Source: Patescibacteria group bacterium (GTDB taxonomy: Bacteria > Patescibacteriota > Microgenomatia > Levybacterales > UBA12049). Taken from it: a stretch of 64,000 nucleotides of DNA. Positions within the stretch are counted from its first letter, which is position 1. Every line of letters begins with the position of its first letter. This document shows, piece by piece, positions 39,207 through 49,134 of this stretch. A program made the translations under genes and the position numbers. Location: contig JBBTVD010000006.1 of NCBI GenBank assembly GCA_038063415.1, positions 299,914-363,913 of the forward strand. Direction: 5' to 3'. Below the pieces are notes generated by a model that searched no databases, was not told the origin of the DNA, and saw nothing but the letters and a program-made list of their open reading frames with translations.

Positions 39207-40187
39207 TTACGAAACGAGTTTAATACTTCCGTCTTCTTTTGCTATAAATCCCTCTCTCACTAGTTCTGCGACTAAGTTTTGTAGCCACGCTTCTTCATCT
39301 ACCGCATAGTCTTGTTTTATCAATGGTCCTACTTCGTTTATCTTCAGCTGTTTTTTTTGCAAGAGAAGCTTGAGTATTTGCCCTCGATAGTACCTGTGTG
39401 AACCCACAAATTTTGATTGTTTTGGAACTGCTATTTTTTCTTTTTTAAGCACAGATCCTGCATAATCCATCAGTGCCTGATTCCATTCATATGCTTGACC
39501 AGCAGGAAGTAATTGTATGGCAATTTCTTCAATCTCTTTATCCGTCATTCTGGCTCCCGCCTGCAGCGCGTTGCTTTGCATTGCGGGCAGGTGTCCAGAA
39601 TCCGGATTCTGGAGTCGTCCTTCGTCCTCCCCAGAATGACGCTTCATTGCAATCTGTGTCAAAATAACTTTTCTTACATTCGTATCAACCACCACCACTT
39701 GTTGATTAAAGGCAAAACAAAGCATGGCTCGGGCAGTATACGAACCAATGCCCGGCAGCAAAAGCAGTTCAGTTTCTTCTTGAGGAAATTTTCCCTGATA
39801 TTTTTTAACGATAACTTCTGCAGTCTTTTTAAGGTTAAGTACTCGTCGGTTATAACCAAGTCCTGACCAGTATGTGAGGACATCGGCCACTGATGCCTCT
39901 GCTACGTGAGAAACGGTAGGAAATTTCTTTATCCATGCTTCATATTTTGGTATTACGCGATCAATTTGAGTCTGTTGACTCATAACCTCTGAAATAAGAA
40001 TTTTGTACGGATCGCGCAATTGCAAACCCTCGTCAAAAGGCAATGCTCGCCAGGGCAATATTCGCTTGTTTTCTGTATACCAGGTAAGTATTTTCTGTCG
40101 GAAATCTGTAACCTCTTTTGCTGAAAGCATGCAGCTATTATAGCAATCATTTGGTATACTTACTGCATGCAACTCTCGATTCTCCAA
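39207..40187 (-). CDS. HhH-GPD base-excision DNA glycosylase (MutY/EndoIII family, no Fe-S cysteines)
   Basis: ILTWYTENKRILPWR, HhH LPGIGSYTARAML and VDTNVRKV. Carries an in-frame mini-element encoding ...DSGHLPAMQSNALQAGARMTD... Confidence 0.65.
   Translation of the reverse strand: MENRELHAVSIPNDCYNSCMLSAKEVTDFRQKILTWYTENKRILPWRALPFDEGLQLRDPYKILISEVMSQQTQIDRVIPKYEAWIKKFPTVSHVAEASVADVLTYWSGLGYNRRVLNLKKTAEVIVKKYQGKFPQEETELLLLPGIGSYTARAMLCFAFNQQVVVVDTNVRKVILTQIAMKRHSGEDEGRLQNPDSGHLPAMQSNALQAGARMTDKEIEEIAIQLLPAGQAYEWNQALMDYAGSVLKKEKIAVPKQSKFVGSHRYYRGQILKLLLQKKQLKINEVGPLIKQDYAVDEEAWLQNLVAELVREGFIAKEDGSIKLVS
39544..39641. repeat. Composite palindromic mini-element (modules M2' plus M1', reversed order relative to 30459-30575)
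   Basis: GTCATTCTGGCTCCCGCCTGCAGCGCGTTGCTTTGCATTGCGGGCAGGTGTCCAGAATCC followed by GGATTCTGGAGTCGTCC...CCCCAGAATGACG. Confidence 0.7.
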
Positions 40188-40943
40188 CTAAATATCAATG
40201 CTGATAACTTTTGGGATCGCTTAACTGCGTTTTTAAAAACACAGAATTTTGATATTCTTCAGTTACAGGAAGTTACAGGAAAAGATCTCATTGGTGGCAA
40301 TATGAATACCAAGATCGATTGTTACCAAGAACTACAAGCATTATTGAGTTCAAGGTATGAAAGTGCCATGGCGATTACGGAATGGTTTAGTTCAAGTCCA
40401 CAGACTGCCTATTTTGGTAACGCAACCTTTTACAAAAAAGATTTCACTCTTGTTGAAAAAACCATTGTACCCCTTCATAAGAGACAAGCACCTTTTCCTT
40501 CAGATGCAAAAACATTTGAAGATGTAAGCAAATCTATTCTCCATGTAACACTTACTATTAATGGAAAAAATATCTCTTTTCTGAATACTCATCTTGCCTG
40601 GGGGCCAACTCCAGAAGAACATCCCCATCAAACAGAACAAGGAGAAAAACTTATAGAATATCTTAAAGCAGTTCCCTCACCTTTTATCTTCACCGGAGAT
40701 TTTAACCTTGATCCCAACCAACCAACTATCCATCGTATAGAAACCATCGCAAGAAATCTTACTCGAGAAAATAATATCACTAATACCCTTAATCCTCGTT
40801 TGCATAAAGTAAAACATCTTTTCCCTCCAGGGGTTGCGGTTGACTATATCTTTGTCAGTCCAGATATTGAGGTAAAAGATTTTACGGTTTTAGAAGAAGA
40901 TTTGTCTGATCATTTGGGACTGACGGCAACAATTGAGGTTTAA
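40167..40943 (+). CDS. Endonuclease/exonuclease/phosphatase (EEP) family protein
   Basis: FDILQLQEV N-terminal motif and C-terminal SDHLGL catalytic His motif. Confidence 0.6.
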   Translation: MQLSILQLNINADNFWDRLTAFLKTQNFDILQLQEVTGKDLIGGNMNTKIDCYQELQALLSSRYESAMAITEWFSSSPQTAYFGNATFYKKDFTLVEKTIVPLHKRQAPFPSDAKTFEDVSKSILHVTLTINGKNISFLNTHLAWGPTPEEHPHQTEQGEKLIEYLKAVPSPFIFTGDFNLDPNQPTIHRIETIARNLTRENNITNTLNPRLHKVKHLFPPGVAVDYIFVSPDIEVKDFTVLEEDLSDHLGLTATIEV

Positions 40944-40946
40944 TAA

Positions 40947-41966
40947 CTAATACACGAAATGAAGTGCCTGCTTGACACTTTTAAGAACTGCTTGTGCTTC
41001 TTCTTTTGTTTTTGTTGTTCCAGAATGCAAAATCTCCAATAGCTTTTTCTCATCATGGTACTGTTTTCGCCTTTCACGAATTGGTGCCAAAAATGCTTCA
41101 AGCACCGTAATCAAATATTTTTTTACTTCCACATCTCCTACTGTTCCTTTTATATACCGTTCTTTATATTCTGCTATTTGTGCTTCGTGTTCTTTTTTTC
41201 CGAAGGAATCAAGATAAATAAAGAGTGGATTTCCTTCAACTTTCCCTGGATCGGTGGCGTGAATTCTGTTAGGATCAGTATACATACTCATCACTTTTTC
41301 TTTCACCTCCTCAGGAGTTGATGAAAGATAAATAGTATTACCAAGACTCTTACTCATTTTAGGATTGCCATCAGTACCAATAAGCTTGCCTACCCTACCT
41401 ATCAATGCTTGTGGTTCCGGAAAAATATCATTGTATCCTTGTTTCTTTGCAAGTGAATTAAATACTCTAGCAACTTCCCGCGATTGCTCCAAATGCGCTT
41501 CTTGATCAATGCCAACGGGAACCAGATCTCCTCGAACGCAAAGAATATCTGCCGCTTGAAACATTGGATAGTTGACAAATCCGAGACTGAATTGATCTCC
41601 TAACCCCTTCATCGTGATTTCATCTTTGATGGTGGGGTTACGAAGTGCCCGATTGTGTGAGACATACATGGAGAAAAGCGATGCCAACTCATAAATTTCA
41701 GGAATTTCTGACTCTACATGATATACAACATTATCTTCTGAAAGCCCAACAGCAAGCAGATCAAGTAACACATCAAGGGTATGCTGTCTGACAATATCTG
41801 CTTTTTGACTTAATGTCGTGAGTGCGTGAGTATCGGCAAGAAGTAAAAATGTTTGATATTCACTTTGTAACTTGAGCAAATTCTCCAGATTACCAACATA
41901 ATGCCCAAGATGTAACTTCCCTGTTGGAGTGAAACCAGTCAAAATTCTTTTTTTAACTTTATCCAT
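40947..41966 (-). CDS. trpS: Tryptophanyl-tRNA synthetase
   Basis: HIGH-like TGKLHLGHY and KMSKS (GNPKMSKSLGN) motifs. 339 aa. Follows trpA by 9 nt. Confidence 0.85.
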   Translation of the reverse strand: MDKVKKRILTGFTPTGKLHLGHYVGNLENLLKLQSEYQTFLLLADTHALTTLSQKADIVRQHTLDVLLDLLAVGLSEDNVVYHVESEIPEIYELASLFSMYVSHNRALRNPTIKDEITMKGLGDQFSLGFVNYPMFQAADILCVRGDLVPVGIDQEAHLEQSREVARVFNSLAKKQGYNDIFPEPQALIGRVGKLIGTDGNPKMSKSLGNTIYLSSTPEEVKEKVMSMYTDPNRIHATDPGKVEGNPLFIYLDSFGKKEHEAQIAEYKERYIKGTVGDVEVKKYLITVLEAFLAPIRERRKQYHDEKKLLEILHSGTTKTKEEAQAVLKSVKQALHFVY

Positions 41967-41975
41967 AGTTCTCCT

Positions 41976-42770
41976 TTATTTTACCACGTTTAGACTACGC
42001 AAAAAATGACGAATTTCCTTCTCTCTCTCTTTCTCGGAAGACTGTCTGATGATATCAACGATCGCACTTCCAATGACAGCAACATCTGCTTGTCCGGCAA
42101 TCATTTTCACACGCTCTTTGCTTGAGATACCAAACCCTACCGCAAGAGGAAGAGCAAGATATTTTTTTACTCGCTTGAGGAATGTAGCAATTTCAGGCGC
42201 AAGTCCCTTCGTGGCATCCGTCGTCCCTTGCCGCGCTGTCGCATAAATAAATCCCGTTGCCATAGCGGCATTTTTACGCAAGCGTTCATCGGTCGATGCT
42301 GGTGAAATAACATGAATGGCGTGCAAATCGTACTTTTTGCACAATGCATAAAAATGCTCATGTGATTCTTCATCAATTGGCATGTCTGGGACAATAAGCC
42401 CGGAAATCCCAACTACTGCGGCATCGCGACAGAACTTCTCAACGCCATAGCGAAAAACCGTATTGTAATAGGCCATAAAAAGTAATGGAATTCCAATTTC
42501 TCCTGCAAGCGATCGTACCAAATCGAACGCATCCTTTACTTTTGTTCCATGAGCAAGGGATTCTTCACAAGCCTGCATAATCGTCGGACCATCGGCGAGA
42601 GGATCGGAAAAGGGAATTTGTAATTCGACAAAATCCACTCCTTCTTCTGCCATCACTCGAACAATCTTTTTGGTTTCAAGAAGCGTTGGATAACCAACAA
42701 TCACATGCGTCATGAGTCCCATCTTTTTACTTTTTTTGATCTTTTGTATTTGATTTTCAATGGTATTCAT
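41976..42770 (-). CDS. trpA: Tryptophan synthase alpha subunit
   Basis: ELQIPFSDPLADGPTI and GFGIS motifs. Confidence 0.85.
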   Translation of the reverse strand: MNTIENQIQKIKKSKKMGLMTHVIVGYPTLLETKKIVRVMAEEGVDFVELQIPFSDPLADGPTIMQACEESLAHGTKVKDAFDLVRSLAGEIGIPLLFMAYYNTVFRYGVEKFCRDAAVVGISGLIVPDMPIDEESHEHFYALCKKYDLHAIHVISPASTDERLRKNAAMATGFIYATARQGTTDATKGLAPEIATFLKRVKKYLALPLAVGFGISSKERVKMIAGQADVAVIGSAIVDIIRQSSEKEREKEIRHFLRSLNVVK

Positions 42771-42772
42771 AG

Positions 42773-43987
42773 CTAATATTCCTGTTCTATTTCTTTTTTC
42801 ATAAATGCATAAAACTTTTTGTCATTCATTGCCCGAGTAAGAATAAATAAATCCTTGTCCCCTCTTCCTGAGACATTCACCACAATCACTTTTTCTTTTG
42901 AAAGGGTTGGGGCAAGTTTCATTGCATACGATACTGCATGTGCTGATTCAAGTGCGGGCAGTATTCCCTCTGTTTTAGCAAGTGTCTGTACTGCAGTGAT
43001 AACATCACGGTCTGTAGCAGAAGCCATCTGTAGTCGTCCCTTATCATGCAAGTAGGCAAGCTCTGGACCAACCCCTGCATAATCAAGGCCAGCGGAAATA
43101 CTATGCGTTTTTTGTATTTGCCCATCACTATCTTGTAAGAAATACGTCTTGTACCCTTCAATAACGCCAATGCTTCCTCCTGCAAATCGTGATGCATGTT
43201 CGCCTATCGCTTTTCCTCGTCCCCCTGCTTCAACACCGATTAATTGTACTGATTCTTCTTTTACAAATTCGTGAAACGCACCCATTGCGTTACTTCCACC
43301 ACCAACACAAGCAATCACATAGTCTGGTAGTCTCTTTTCAAACTCCTTTACTTGTTTTCGTATCTCCTCTCCAACAATTGACTGAAAATTACGGTTCATC
43401 GTAGGATACGGATGTGGCCCCACCACTGATCCTATAACAGCATGGGTATCTTTTACATTTTCTATCCAGTCTTTTATTTCTGCGTTCACCGCATCTTTGA
43501 GTGTACGACTACCAAAAGAAACGGGTACGACTGTTGCTCCTAGTTGCTCCATCAAAAAAACGTTTGGTCGCTGTCTGGCAACATCTACTTCTCCCATGTA
43601 TACGGTACAAGAAAATCCAAATTTTGCAGCAACAATTGCCGTGGCGACACCATGCATACCAGCTCCAGTATCCGCAATCAACCTTTTCTTTCCCATGCGC
43701 TTGGCAATAAGTGCTTGACCAACACAATGGGTAATCTTATGCGCACCTCCATGATTCAATCCTTCATTCTTTAAATAAATTTTTGCCCCACCCAATTGCT
43801 CCGTCAGATTTTCCGCAAAAACCAATGGCGTTGGCCGACCAACATAGGTACGTAGATAGTGCAAAAATTCTTTATGAAATGCCTTGTCCTTTTTTGCAGC
43901 ACGATAGACAGACTCCAGCTCTTCCAAGGCTGGAATTAACGCTTCGGGGACATAGCGCCCTCCATATTTACCAAAATGAGATTTCAT
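42773..43987 (-). CDS. trpB: Tryptophan synthase beta subunit
   Basis: LNHGGAHKITH PLP-lysine region and GGGSNAMG motif. Confidence 0.9.
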   Translation of the reverse strand: MKSHFGKYGGRYVPEALIPALEELESVYRAAKKDKAFHKEFLHYLRTYVGRPTPLVFAENLTEQLGGAKIYLKNEGLNHGGAHKITHCVGQALIAKRMGKKRLIADTGAGMHGVATAIVAAKFGFSCTVYMGEVDVARQRPNVFLMEQLGATVVPVSFGSRTLKDAVNAEIKDWIENVKDTHAVIGSVVGPHPYPTMNRNFQSIVGEEIRKQVKEFEKRLPDYVIACVGGGSNAMGAFHEFVKEESVQLIGVEAGGRGKAIGEHASRFAGGSIGVIEGYKTYFLQDSDGQIQKTHSISAGLDYAGVGPELAYLHDKGRLQMASATDRDVITAVQTLAKTEGILPALESAHAVSYAMKLAPTLSKEKVIVVNVSGRGDKDLFILTRAMNDKKFYAFMKKEIEQEY

Positions 43988-44580
43988 AAAAGTACTCCTT
44001 TTGCATTGGCAATAAATTCTTCTATCTTCTCAACATCTTCCACCCCGTTTGTTTCAATGCCACCCGCAACATCAACGGCAAATGGCTTCACTGTGGAAAC
44101 AATTTCTGTAACGTTTTCTGGGGTTAACCCACCAGCAAAGAATATTTCATGTTTTTCGCCAATCTTCTTTGCTTTTTCAAGATCGATCACTTTTCCTTTG
44201 CCTTGTATCGATCGATCAAGCAAGTAAAACGAGACTAAATCATTCTCTTCAATTTCGTCATCTATATCTATTTTTTTAATAATATTGTTTTTTATTTTTT
44301 GCATATAGGCTATGTCTTCTTCTCCGTGTAACTGAACATAATCTAATTTTGCAATCTCTGCCATCTCATTAACATACTCTGGATTTGCATTTTGAAAGAT
44401 GCCGACAAGTTTAATATCTCCTAGAATCATCCCAATAATCTCTTGTGCTTTTTGAGGTTCAATATATCTTTTTGATGAAGGCATGAAATTAAATCCAATA
44501 AAATCCGCTCCTGCATTAATTGCAGCAAGCGCACTTTTTTCACTTCGTATCCCACAAATTTTTACTTTAACTGTATTCAT
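43984..44580 (-). CDS. trpF: Phosphoribosylanthranilate isomerase
   Basis: VKICGI N-terminus, about 200 aa TIM-barrel. Overlaps trpB and trpC by 4 bp each. Confidence 0.8.
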   Translation of the reverse strand: MNTVKVKICGIRSEKSALAAINAGADFIGFNFMPSSKRYIEPQKAQEIIGMILGDIKLVGIFQNANPEYVNEMAEIAKLDYVQLHGEEDIAYMQKIKNNIIKKIDIDDEIEENDLVSFYLLDRSIQGKGKVIDLEKAKKIGEKHEIFFAGGLTPENVTEIVSTVKPFAVDVAGGIETNGVEDVEKIEEFIANAKGVLL

Positions 44581-45374
44581 AATAATTTTTGAATAAAATC
44601 TTGTATGTTCTTTGCTTGCATCAGACTTGTACCAACCAATACCCCATGCGCTCCTGCCTTTTTATATAGTATAACTTCTTTTGCTGAATGAATACCTGAA
44701 AAACCTAATGTTATAAAGCTATCAGGAACTTTCTTTAGTAACGCACAAGCAGTTTCAACAGAAACAATAAAGGTATCAAGATCACGAGCATTTACAGCGA
44801 TGATATCGGTGTCTGTAGTAAGAGCTTTTTTCAAATCTTCTTCACTGGCAATCTCGACAACTGGATCCATCCCTAATTCTTTTGTGAGCAAAACAAACCG
44901 TTGTAATGTTTCTTTATCAACTAACCGGGCAATAAGAAGCAGTGCATCAGAACCAATTGCTTTTGCTTCATAAATTTGTGAACGATCAATCACAAAATCT
45001 TTTTGTAATACAGGTAAAGAAACAACTTCTTTTACTTGTGTCACAAAGGATGGATCGCCCTTAAAAAAATGTTTTTCTGTAATGATAGAAATAGCACTTG
45101 CTCTGGCCTGCTCGTACCGTCTCACACGATCCAATAATTGTTCAGAAGAATCAAGATTTGGATTTGTTGGGGAAGCAAATTTTACTTCAGCAATAAGAGC
45201 AATTCTTTTGTCATTCTGGAGCGAAGTACTAACGGAGCGATAGAATCTATTACTTGAGATCCTATCGTGGTCGCTGCCACTCCAGGATGACACATTTCCC
45301 CTTCCCCCTTTACGCTTTTCTCTTCTAAGATCTTCCTTCTTCTTCTCAATGATTTTGACTAACATATCATGCAT
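44577..45374 (-). CDS. trpC: Indole-3-glycerol-phosphate synthase (with an in-frame mini-element near the N-terminus)
   Basis: IAEVKFASP and GFSGIHS motifs. An extra segment (...GGRGNVSSWSGSDHDRISSNRFYRSVSTSLQNDKR...) is encoded by the repeat at 45210-45292. Confidence 0.8.
   Translation of the reverse strand: MHDMLVKIIEKKKEDLRREKRKGGRGNVSSWSGSDHDRISSNRFYRSVSTSLQNDKRIALIAEVKFASPTNPNLDSSEQLLDRVRRYEQARASAISIITEKHFFKGDPSFVTQVKEVVSLPVLQKDFVIDRSQIYEAKAIGSDALLLIARLVDKETLQRFVLLTKELGMDPVVEIASEEDLKKALTTDTDIIAVNARDLDTFIVSVETACALLKKVPDSFITLGFSGIHSAKEVILYKKAGAHGVLVGTSLMQAKNIQDFIQKLL
45210..45292. repeat. Palindromic mini-element (GTCATTCTGGAG...CTCCAGGATGAC) inside trpC
   Basis: 12-bp terminal inverted arms with one mismatch. 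Total 83 bp. Confidence 0.65.
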
Positions 45375-46380
45375 ATTTATGTGTCTCCTTTATGAGATTT
45401 TCCAAAACCTTTTTTGCACGACCACTTGCAATTGATTCTTCAGCAAGCGTTATCCCAGAGGTAATATCATCCACTTTTCCAGCAGCATACAATGCAACAG
45501 CCGCGTTAAAGAGAACAATATCACGCTTTGGACCTGCCACTCCAGATAAAATGTCTTGTATCATTTGTGCATTTTCAGGTGCTGTTCCTCCGAGAAGATC
45601 TGTTGAGGGAACCCGAGTGAAGCCATACATTTCAGGACTAATAAATGATTGTTTACTGTTGATTCCGTCTATTGCAAACAGATGCGTTTTGGCTGAGAGA
45701 CTTACCTCATCCATACCATCTTCACTCGTAACCAATACGAGACGTTCATAGGGTAATTTCTTTGCAACTGCGTTCAGTCGTTTTGCAACCATGAGATCGG
45801 GAACTCCTATCAATTGGTTCTTTACTGACGCAGGATTAACAAAAGGCCCCAAGAAATTAAAAATAGTCCGTATGCCAAGTTCTTTTCGCACGGAGGCAAC
45901 ATGCTTCAGTGCTGGATGAAAAGCAGGAGCAAAAAGGAAAACCATTCCTATCTTAGCGAAAACCTCTTCTGCTTGTTGAGGAGTTAATTGGATATGCACT
46001 CCCAATGCTTCAAGGACATCCGCACTACCGCATTTACTACTTGCCGCCCGGTTACCATGTTTGGCAATTTTTATGCCTGCTCCTGCCACGACAAAAGCAA
46101 CTGCTGTTGAGATATTAAAGGTGTTACTGCCATCACCACCGGTACCACAAACATCAAGCGCATCTGGAAGATTTACTGGAAGCATATGTTCTCGCATCAC
46201 GTGAATCAAGCCAAGTATTTCATCTGTTGTCTCACCCTTTATCCGCAATGCAACCAAAATCGCTGCAAGTTGAATAGAACTAATGTCACCGTTTAGCACC
46301 GCGTCAAAAAATTCCTTGGTTTCATCAAGTGTGAGATTCTTATTTTCTATCAATTTGTTTAGTGTCTGTGTGTTATTCAT
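45367..46380 (-). CDS. trpD: Anthranilate phosphoribosyltransferase
   Basis: GTGGDGSNTFNIST motif. Confidence 0.85.
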   Translation of the reverse strand: MNNTQTLNKLIENKNLTLDETKEFFDAVLNGDISSIQLAAILVALRIKGETTDEILGLIHVMREHMLPVNLPDALDVCGTGGDGSNTFNISTAVAFVVAGAGIKIAKHGNRAASSKCGSADVLEALGVHIQLTPQQAEEVFAKIGMVFLFAPAFHPALKHVASVRKELGIRTIFNFLGPFVNPASVKNQLIGVPDLMVAKRLNAVAKKLPYERLVLVTSEDGMDEVSLSAKTHLFAIDGINSKQSFISPEMYGFTRVPSTDLLGGTAPENAQMIQDILSGVAGPKRDIVLFNAAVALYAAGKVDDITSGITLAEESIASGRAKKVLENLIKETHKYA

Positions 46381-46972
46381 GATATAAAAAGTTCTCTAGC
46401 ATTTTCTTCCCTCCCTCGGTCGCAAAAGACTCTGGATGAAATTGTATGCCCTCAATTGGATAGTGTGTATGACGAATCCCCATAATTTCATCGGTATCTT
46501 CAGATCGAGCCGTTATGATTAAATCCTTAGGAAGTGATTTCTCCTCAACGATTAAAGAATGATAACGCATCGTCTGGATATGCTGAGGAAGTCCAGTAAA
46601 AACACCTTTTTTATCATGAACTACCGAACTCGTTTTCCCATGCATTGGCACTTTTGCACGCACGACTTTCCCACCAAAGTAATGCGCTATTCCTTGCATA
46701 CCAAGACACACACCAAGAACCGGCGTTTGTCTGCCAAGCTGCAAGATAACATCCGCACAAACCCCAAAATATGCCTTGTCACTTGGATCGCCTGGTCCCG
46801 GAGAGATAATAATCCTGTCATATGTTCTTTTTTCAATTTCAGCAAGAGTTATCTCATCATTTCGGATAACATCTACGGTAAAATCTTTTTCTTTTTTCAT
46901 TAATAACTCTCCTAGATATTGATAGAGGTTATAGGTAAAAGAATCGTAGTTGTCGATAAGTAAAACTTTCAT
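46373..46972 (-). CDS. trpG: Anthranilate synthase component II (glutamine amidotransferase)
   Basis: GVCLGMQ catalytic Cys motif and HPES motif. Confidence 0.85.
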   Translation of the reverse strand: MKVLLIDNYDSFTYNLYQYLGELLMKKEKDFTVDVIRNDEITLAEIEKRTYDRIIISPGPGDPSDKAYFGVCADVILQLGRQTPVLGVCLGMQGIAHYFGGKVVRAKVPMHGKTSSVVHDKKGVFTGLPQHIQTMRYHSLIVEEKSLPKDLIITARSEDTDEIMGIRHTHYPIEGIQFHPESFATEGGKKMLENFLYHE

Positions 46973-46973
46973 A

Positions 46974-48332
46974 TTATGTACTAAATTGACCTAATACTTT
47001 TTCCATAGCAGCGAGTTTCCTAAGCACTTCTTCATACTCTTTTTCAGCTACAGAATCGTCGACGATTCCTGCACTTGATTGTGTATAGCCATAATTATCA
47101 GAGATGTAAAAGGATCGCAAAGGCAACGCAAAGGTAGCATCACCATTAAATCCAAAATGTCCGATACTTCCTCCATAAGGACCACGGGCATCTGGTTCAT
47201 TCGCATCAATAATTTTTATCGTCTCGACTCGAGGCGTTCCACAAACAGTTGGCATAGGGAAATTGGTTGCAAGGGCTGAAAACATATCTTCTTTTGAATC
47301 AAGCATGCCAACGACATCACTTGAGATATGTTGTAAATGACTAAACCGTCTTGTGGTCATCAGGTCCTTGACTCGTACCGTTCCAAATCGAGAAACTTTC
47401 CCCATATCGCTTCTATGCATGTCAACAATCATCATGTGTTCTGCTCGTTCTTTTGGATCATTGAGCATTTCTCGTGCCAATTTCTGATCTTCTTCTTCTG
47501 TTTTTCCTCGACTGGTGGTACCAGCAAGAGGTCTACTTAATAACTCTCCATCACGAAGAGAAAAAAGTAACTCTGGAGCTGCTCCCAACGTCTTCTTGTT
47601 CCCAAATTTCATAAAATACATAAAAGGAGAAGGATTGACCTGACGTAGCTGTTGATAGACAAGTAGTGGATTACCTGTCACTTCATACTCTGCTTTAAAA
47701 CCAACCTCACACTGAAACGTATTCCCTGCTCGAATATGTTCTTTTACTACAGCAACATCTGCAAAAAATGCTTCTTTTGTTTGTGTACTTCTTAGAAACC
47801 TTGCAGAAAACGATTGTAAAACACTCTCTTTATTGAGTAAATCATGAACAAGGTAGCTACGATCTGTTTCGTAAAAGAAGTAAAATATTTCACTCGTCAC
47901 CTTGTCATAGACAACCCCGTCAGTATAGATTCCAAACATAAACTGATCAAATTGATCATGTACTTTTACCTTTACACCCGACTCCATATAATTTATAGCT
48001 TCATAGCTGAGGTACCCAACAAGACCCCCAGCATACTCACGTGAAAGAACTTGATCTGGCATAAGTTTACGAAGCTCGTAATAGGGATTAGCAACAACAC
48101 TTTTCTCTCCATCAATGGTTAGGGTATTACCTCTCGCAGAAATGCTGTGTTCTGGAGCAAAACCAATGATTGAATAACGAGAATATTTTCCGTCTTCTCC
48201 TAATGATTCTAAGAGAAAGCATGTAGCAAATGCTTGTTCTATTTTTTGAAAGAGTGCAAAAAAATCTACATCTTCTGCAATTTTTTTATACGTTGGTTTT
48301 TGTGGTAATGATAGCTTCTGCATTTTTTTCAT
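46974..48332 (-). CDS. trpE: Anthranilate synthase component I
   Basis: Chorismate-binding C-terminal motifs (GGLVGYLSYE...GAAPELL...). 452 aa. Confidence 0.85.
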   Translation of the reverse strand: MKKMQKLSLPQKPTYKKIAEDVDFFALFQKIEQAFATCFLLESLGEDGKYSRYSIIGFAPEHSISARGNTLTIDGEKSVVANPYYELRKLMPDQVLSREYAGGLVGYLSYEAINYMESGVKVKVHDQFDQFMFGIYTDGVVYDKVTSEIFYFFYETDRSYLVHDLLNKESVLQSFSARFLRSTQTKEAFFADVAVVKEHIRAGNTFQCEVGFKAEYEVTGNPLLVYQQLRQVNPSPFMYFMKFGNKKTLGAAPELLFSLRDGELLSRPLAGTTSRGKTEEEDQKLAREMLNDPKERAEHMMIVDMHRSDMGKVSRFGTVRVKDLMTTRRFSHLQHISSDVVGMLDSKEDMFSALATNFPMPTVCGTPRVETIKIIDANEPDARGPYGGSIGHFGFNGDATFALPLRSFYISDNYGYTQSSAGIVDDSVAEKEYEEVLRKLAAMEKVLGQFST

Positions 48333-48520
48333 AAAAAAACCCTTGTAAACTCCCCAGCAAGAATGCTGCGAAACTTACAAGGGCCTTTGATAAAAGACGG
48401 TACCACCTTGCTTTATTACTCATTCATGACATGCTCCAATCTAATGACCGACACATGTTACTGTCTTATTCGGTTTCGTCTCCGCTGCATTATGTATTTT
48501 GCAAAAGCTCCCCGACTCCA
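48333..48520 (-). ncRNA. Candidate tryptophan T-box riboswitch leader of the trp operon
   Basis: The minus-strand RNA contains AAGGUGGUACCGUC, matching the T-box box AGGGUGGNACCGCG. A candidate specifier loop reads ...GCGUUGGAGUC... with a UGG Trp codon followed by a purine. A terminator hairpin CCCUUGUAAGUUU...GAGUUUACAAGGG plus U7 abuts the trpE ATG. Confidence 0.55.
48336..48383 (-). terminator. Intrinsic terminator (T-box terminator arm) immediately 5' of trpE
   Basis: 9-bp perfect stem CCCUUGUAA/UUACAAGGG followed by UUUUUUU. Confidence 0.55.
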
Positions 48521-48524
48521 ACGC

Positions 48525-48553
48525 ACCGGATCAATGCTCTTTCTGGATAGTAT
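48525..48553 (-). promoter_or_regulatory. Sigma70-like promoter TTGACA-17-TACTAT driving the T-box leader and trp operon
   Basis: Minus strand: TTGACA (plus 48548-48553) and TACTAT (plus 48525-48530). Confidence 0.45.
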
Positions 48554-48584
48554 CATGAGAAAATCGCTTTGTCAATTTATGGAA

Positions 48585-49076
48585 TTAGCGGGATTGAGAA
48601 ATATTGGTAGTGCCTTCTGTTCCACAGGCTTTGATTGTTATAATGTTGTTGGCATCAACAGTTACACTAAAACCAGTTTTTGCTGCGGTATAGGTCGTCC
48701 CACCCAGTGGGTCAATCGGTATACTTTTAAGATATTTTGCAAGTGGCGTTGTAAGATCCACACATGCTGCCGCAGCCACACTACAACCACCTGTTGAGAT
48801 GGTACACCCTGACGCCCCTGTACCAAGCTGTGTCTCCGCCATGCTTGTCGTAAGACCCGTTGGAAGACTTCCTTTATTATCAACGATATATTGATGAATT
48901 CCTGTAAGAATTGTCTCTACATCACTGGTACGACGAGCATCACGAGAATCCTTTAAGCGCTGTACTGGATTAAGTGCGACAAAAACAGTAACCGCTAATG
49001 CTGAAATAATAACAATAACAATGAGAAGCTCAATGAGGGTAAAACCTTTCTGATTATATGAAAAAAATCTCTTCAT
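48585..49076 (-). CDS. pilA: Type IV pilin (class III signal, G|FTLIE)
   Basis: MKRFFSYNQKGFTLIELLIVIVIISALAV. Four Cys arranged as two candidate disulfide pairs. 163 aa. Confidence 0.75.
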   Translation of the reverse strand: MKRFFSYNQKGFTLIELLIVIVIISALAVTVFVALNPVQRLKDSRDARRTSDVETILTGIHQYIVDNKGSLPTGLTTSMAETQLGTGASGCTISTGGCSVAAAACVDLTTPLAKYLKSIPIDPLGGTTYTAAKTGFSVTVDANNIITIKACGTEGTTNISQSR

Positions 49077-49134
49077 TTTGTAACTATATAGTTATCGTAG
49101 AAGGTTTCACAATGATTGTCAAGAGATACTTTCA

